A DNA stretch of 64,000 bases from Botryllus schlosseri (taxonomy: Eukaryota), in assembly GCA_051294905.1 (NCBI GenBank), contig CM119371.1, positions 13,888,001 through 13,952,000 on the forward strand. Reading direction: 5' to 3'. Made by a program: the position numbers and the translations under genes. The notes beneath the pieces are model-generated. The model was not told the DNA's origin and ran no database searches. It saw only the letters and a program-made list of their open reading frames with translations. Numbering within the stretch: the stretch's first letter is position 1; each line of letters begins with the position of its first letter. This document shows positions 58,966 to 64,000 of the stretch, in pieces.

Positions 58966-60627
58966 TCAACGTGACAACTCAAGTAGAAATAGTGCTGTAA
59001 ATTTCCACTCGATCGCAATTAGCATTAGCAATTTCTGCTGCATGAAGCTGAAGGGCTTGAGTAAGCTGCTCGAGTAAGTAGTTTCAAAAAGTACGTTTGG
59101 TCAATTGGGTCTCGTACTTCTAGTAGTAATAGGATGTAGGTAGCACTGTTGAAATCGCAAAATGCATCTTCCTGACTAGCGCAAAATGACTGACGAAGCT
59201 ACAAACGGGTACAATCTTCTAAAATATCTGTATTTACCGTGGTGCATGGGCTATTTAAAGCAGTTAAACGGGATGCATATTTATCCCCAAACTGCTTTCC
59301 ACTTCTCAAAATAATACGAAGATGGTTATGCCTCAAAAACTGCTCAAGAAGTGAATACGGGCAAATCTGATTTCAGTACATTATAAACGTAGAAGTAGTT
59401 CTTCACTGATAACCACTGATTTCTTTCATATCGCTTTTGCATGGGGCACAGCAGAATTTCCATTTATCTTTAATAGGGTTACTATATTTTGAGATCCGGA
59501 AAAGAGGACACCTTCCACAGATTCAGAAAGCCCTAGTACCGGCAAAGAATACTGGCGATATTGAAGTTTTCGACCAATAGTACTGTGTTAACTAAATAAA
59601 TGGTCATCTATCCAGTAATTTTCGTTGATTGTCTGGCCAAGTCTGGCATTCACTTCGCCGAAGTCCGGTTTTGGATCGCATTTTAACACTTTTTCCAGAA
59701 ACGAAGTACTAATTCCCAGAAAAGAGAACATTTAGTCATCCTCCGAGGATAATTTCAATTTGTCGAAAAAAAGAGGACAAATCCTTTCATATGGTGACCC
59801 TATCTCTAATCACATTCAGGGTATATGTTGGAAACATGACTATAGTCTGAAATGTTTCATGAATATTCTATGTGTTCGCACACCCTACCATCACCTTCTT
59901 TCGCATCATTGCAAACGATTCGCAATTGGTTTTGACTTTAGCATTGTGTGTTCGTGCATTTATATTGCTATCGTTTGACTGTTGTTACTATAGGACTAGT
60001 AATTGGTGCCAGTCATTATTTACTGGTGTGCCTTGTCTGATACTGCCAGCTCCTAATCGAAAGCAGAAAAGCTCCTGAACAAGTTAAATGACATCTCAAA
60101 CACTGTTGTCCACTGAGACAGTAAGTTTTGATACTAGAGTATTTGTAAAAGTAAAGCTGTAGATTTCTACTCGATTACAAGTAGAAAATCGATTTCCGAG
60201 ATATCTCAAAACTACTGCAAGTGGAAGTACAAATTAACATCTGATTAGGAATAAAGTAAGTAGTTTCAAGAAGTAGCCTTGGTCAATAGGTTCTGATAAT
60301 CTTAGCAGTTCAACAGAGATGTCTACTTTTGGAATTACAATGTGCAACTTTAATCTGCTGCAAACTTCTAAAGTATTTTCAGTTGTCGTGATACGGTGGC
60401 TATTAGCCCAATTGTGTTTGACAGTTTAACAAAAATAAGTGATGTGAAGTTATCCCAAAACTACCTTTTTACTTTCAAATACCCAAAGTGGAATATGAAA
60501 GTAGCTTTGCCTACAAATGTTCAAGTAAAAGTAGAATTAGTCTAAGATATAACCATTTGTTTTTGTAATTAGGACTAATACTTGAGTATTCCGAAAAAGT
60601 TGCAGTACTTCGTTATGACTACCTCTG
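58948..60627. mobile_element. Decayed hAT element(s) of the CAGAGGTGGTCA family
   Basis: CAGAGGATGTCAAGGTAGTCAA at 58948 and ATGACTACCTCTG ending at 60627, with AAGTA repeats and an internal duplication (~58980-59400 and ~60170-60540). No TSD. Confidence 0.45.
59474..59802. mobile_element. Blackjack-like hAT MITE
   Basis: TAGGGTTACTATA...TATGGTGACCCTA with AGAGGACA motifs. Flanks approximately ATCT(T/C)TAA. Confidence 0.7.
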
Positions 60628-62281
60628 GAGATATGTTCCCAACTTTGAGCTGATTGGCCACCGACAGCGTCCTGTCACTCTAATGAGGAGATTTCCAGCT
60701 ATTGTTGAAATACCTTGCGCAAAAAGCAGATTAGATTATCTGCATCCTCTGGTCACTCTCATGAATATAAAATCTTGTAGTAACAATGGCCCGAGGCTTT
60801 CATATATTTATTTGCTATTGTAGTTTCATGTTTGGCTGTTCTATACATTCATTGTCTAACTATCTCTGTCATTTGTCATTCAGCTGTGTGAACTCTATTC
60901 TGCGTTTGACCAGAGAGAGGCTATAATGATTGATTTTCATCCGTACACATGCTTCAAATTGGTGGTGTTCCTACACTTGCAAGACCAATTTTTTCCTGAT
61001 TTGTTTTTGTTCTCTTCCAGGGATATAACTAATGATATTCTAGTGTGAAGCTGTATCCGAGCTCAATTATGCAAAAGGCACTCTTCGACAAAGGTAATTC
61101 AAAACAGAATTTTTGGATTGTTGGACAAGACATTTTAAATCCGTCTGGACTGAAGCCAAATTGTTGAGGGGGAATGACAGACATTTTGGCGAGACCAACC
61201 ATAATAACATCAAACGCTACATTATGCTGACGAACATGTCGAAAGGACAGTAACAAAGTATCATCTGAATCATAGCCTACAGTTCACACAATAAGCACAT
61301 AGACATTCCAATGGCGTGCATAAATTCTGAAGACACACACAGAAATTGGAAAGTGACAAAATAAAGATTGAATCGAAGGGACTTGAGCAGGGCCAGAAAC
61401 TGTCAAAAAAGAACTAACTTACATTAAATGTGAACTCTTTACTTGAAAAATGCTTCAAAATGCTATGTAAGGGACTTTCTTTTACGAACACCATCTGGAA
61501 TTTCTCTTTTCAAACTCCAGCAATAGTCGACCATCATATGTCAATCCAGGTTCAGGTGGCGACTGTGTACTAAGGCCTTGCGGCCCCTCATCGTCATCCT
61601 TGTCTGTGTCGGATATTCACTGGTGTGACTAATGAATGCATCTATAAATCCCACCGACCTTGATAACGTGCCTCCATAATTTCAATAACATGATGTGATG
61701 GAGAAAATCTGAGGTCATTTTCGGATTCAGCGCACCAAATTTAGCCAAAATGAATTGTCAAAACCCAAACCTGAAATTTTGTGTAGACCAGTGAATTGAT
61801 ATGATGTGTACCGTGGAAAGAGTCTAAAATGACTCAAGTACAGTGCAAGTAGGCAAGACCTACATGAGTAGCCTGTTCTAAAAAAAAGTAGTGTGCCTAC
61901 TTAAAACTGGCCACATCCGGCCACTGTACCACAATGGTTGAGCTAAATGGAAACAGTCATTCATGTTTTTATTCGGCTAGATATTTTGAAAGAATACATA
62001 ATTGATGACTTTGTTGTACCTTGTTCATTTACTGGCTGATAGTTGATGTCTTGTCAGAATGTCAGCAGTCGGGCCTACTATGCTTACCTGCACTTTTGGT
62101 GAAAATATAAATCAATTTTATTATATTGCGTAGTACTGTAATAATTCGAATATTCTTTCAATAATAATTATTTCTGTATATTTTGACTACTCATGATTCA
62201 ATATCTGTTTTTAGATAATCATATTAACTTCAAAAATAGCACTAATATCTACTATATATCTTTCACAAGAGATTGCTGATC

Positions 62282-63889
62282 ATGGTGCATGTTGCTCGGT
62301 ATGATGTCGAGAGGCGTGCAATGAAAATGATGGAGGAATTACATCGAATGAAGCAAGATAAGGCTCATTGTGATTTCATAATTCAAGTTGGAAATGATGT
62401 CTACTACGCCCACAAAAATATTTTGTCGGCCGGTTCGGATTATTTCAAAGCCATGCTGAAGCATGACACAAAGGAGAGTCGAGAAAATAGGGTCGATTTC
62501 AAAGATGCTGATTCTGAATGTGTGAAAAATTGCATCGATTTTATATATTCAAGTCAATTTAAGATTCCGGATGGAAAAATTATCGAACTTCTTCACACTG
62601 CAATCATGATGCAGTTGGAGGATTTAAAGAAGGCAATATCCAATATTTTAGCGAAATCAATTAATGTGCAGAATTACTTCTTCACAAGAAAAGTTGCTGA
62701 TATATATGGACTGGTTGATGTCACTTCGAGATGCAGACAATTTTTACACAGAGATAATTTGCACATCGTAGAGCAAGCTGAATTCGGAAGCGTGCAAAAC
62801 TTCGACCTTCGACCTGTTTTGAAGTGGGCTGAATCCAAATTATGGGAGGAAGAAAAACTAGAGTTGTCGCTTCAGTGGATCGAGACATGTGAAAATAAGA
62901 GGGAATATTTGCATGAATGTCTCGAATTGATCGACTTTGAAAGAATATCTCCGGCAATATTGGCACGTCTTCTAGAAACTAACCCCATTATCAGGAATGA
63001 TTCCAAGTCGTACGAGTTGATTAACAAACATCTTCTGGAAGCGCAAGATGGAATGGTGAACAAAAAAGAATTGATAATTATTTTTGATAATGACACAGAT
63101 TGTATTCGATCCCTTAATCCTACAACCAATAAAATAACCAAGTTCCACAATGCAAGGTGTATGTATATGAATTGTCTCGCAACGATTACTCTGAACCCGC
63201 ATATTTATATTTTATACCATCGTGAATCTGTTCATCGGCTTGATTTTTTAAGAAAAAATTCCAATTGGGAAAAGATGGAAGATATGACATGGAACCATGG
63301 ATTTTACCCTCCGTCAGTTTCGTTGTTGGGATCAATATTCGTTATTGGAGGAAGTTATTCTGTAAAAACTAATGTTGTTGAAAGATTTGACCCCTCAGTA
63401 AATCGATGGTTTCAACTGCAAAACATGCCTACAGCAATTTGCGCTTCAAATCTTGTATCAATGAACGATTCAGTGTATTGTATTGGAGGTTATCTCGATG
63501 GCGTCCAAGTTGCTTCATTCTACAGATTTACACCATCCTCATCAGAGTGGGTTGAACTCGAACCAATGAGATATCCAGTGCATGGGAGTGGTGCTGTTGC
63601 AGTTGATCAAAAGATTTTTGTGATCGGCGGTTTGACTGGAACAGAGCAACTCGACAACGTAGAATGTTACGATGTAGCTTCAGCTCAATGGACTTCGTTG
63701 ACATCGATGAATTTTAAACATGGTTTCAATTCTGCTTACCAGACCGGCAATTGGATTTTTGTTGTAGATGAGCGTGCCCGCTCTAATTTTATTGAGAAGT
63801 ACGATTTATTGAACGAAAAGTGGTATTGCATAGGAAAGTTAACAGATCGATCTTTGAGACTCCGCGGATCAGCAATGGTGAAGGAATAG
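62282..63889 (+). CDS. BTB-BACK-Kelch protein E, intact, 535 aa
   Basis: Uninterrupted ORF with BTB (CDFIIQVG, AHKNILSAGSDYFKAML), BACK and Kelch repeats (IFVIGG, VYCIGG, IFVIGG). Confidence 0.95.
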   Translation: MVHVARYDVERRAMKMMEELHRMKQDKAHCDFIIQVGNDVYYAHKNILSAGSDYFKAMLKHDTKESRENRVDFKDADSECVKNCIDFIYSSQFKIPDGKIIELLHTAIMMQLEDLKKAISNILAKSINVQNYFFTRKVADIYGLVDVTSRCRQFLHRDNLHIVEQAEFGSVQNFDLRPVLKWAESKLWEEEKLELSLQWIETCENKREYLHECLELIDFERISPAILARLLETNPIIRNDSKSYELINKHLLEAQDGMVNKKELIIIFDNDTDCIRSLNPTTNKITKFHNARCMYMNCLATITLNPHIYILYHRESVHRLDFLRKNSNWEKMEDMTWNHGFYPPSVSLLGSIFVIGGSYSVKTNVVERFDPSVNRWFQLQNMPTAICASNLVSMNDSVYCIGGYLDGVQVASFYRFTPSSSEWVELEPMRYPVHGSGAVAVDQKIFVIGGLTGTEQLDNVECYDVASAQWTSLTSMNFKHGFNSAYQTGNWIFVVDERARSNFIEKYDLLNEKWYCIGKLTDRSLRLRGSAMVKE

Positions 63890-64000
63890 ATCATTTGTCC
63901 TTGAACTAAAAGCTGCGCCACTCTTGAGAGATTGTGAGATATTTTAACGTGGTATAAAAACCTTTGTTAATAAGGTTTCAACATGCATTTTTGAGCTGGG

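Noticed and set aside
9384-63889. Poxvirus-like or other viral origin of the intronless Kelch genes
   Set aside because: No viral core genes, long TE-filled intergenic regions and acceptor-like signals point to host chromosomal genes. Only a phylogeny could fully exclude ancient transfer.

Overview
AT-rich eukaryotic (animal-type) genomic DNA, not prokaryotic; the species cannot be fixed from sequence alone, although SINE and TE types suggest a marine invertebrate. The window is a cluster of eight paralogous BTB-BACK-Kelch genes (KLHL-like, putative Cullin-3 substrate adaptors) whose coding regions have no introns. Four are intact (23057-24664 -, 34343-35953 +, 44799-46412 -, 62282-63889 +) and four are disrupted (9384-11013, 29401-31019, 53123-54736, 57326-58965). 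They are arranged A1-B1-C1-A2-B2-C2-A3-E, a ~23-25 kb tandem duplication. Its junction lies inside gene A2, which is a chimera: upstream region and BTB-BACK of A3 type, Kelch propeller and downstream region of A1 type. Two paralogs are frameshifted independently at the same (AT)n tract, and close paralogs differ mostly in Kelch loops. The intergenic DNA is dense with transposons, many confirmed by TIRs, target-site duplications and an empty site in the sister copy: a hATm-like element with a broken transposase, Buster/Charlie, Blackjack-like and Kolobok-like elements, MITEs, tRNA-derived SINEs, LINE 3' ends, a Penelope-like hairpin with a hammerhead core, and a truncated Ty3/Gypsy element with a UUUAAAC -1 frameshift signal. 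TE family names come from motif recall and need database confirmation.
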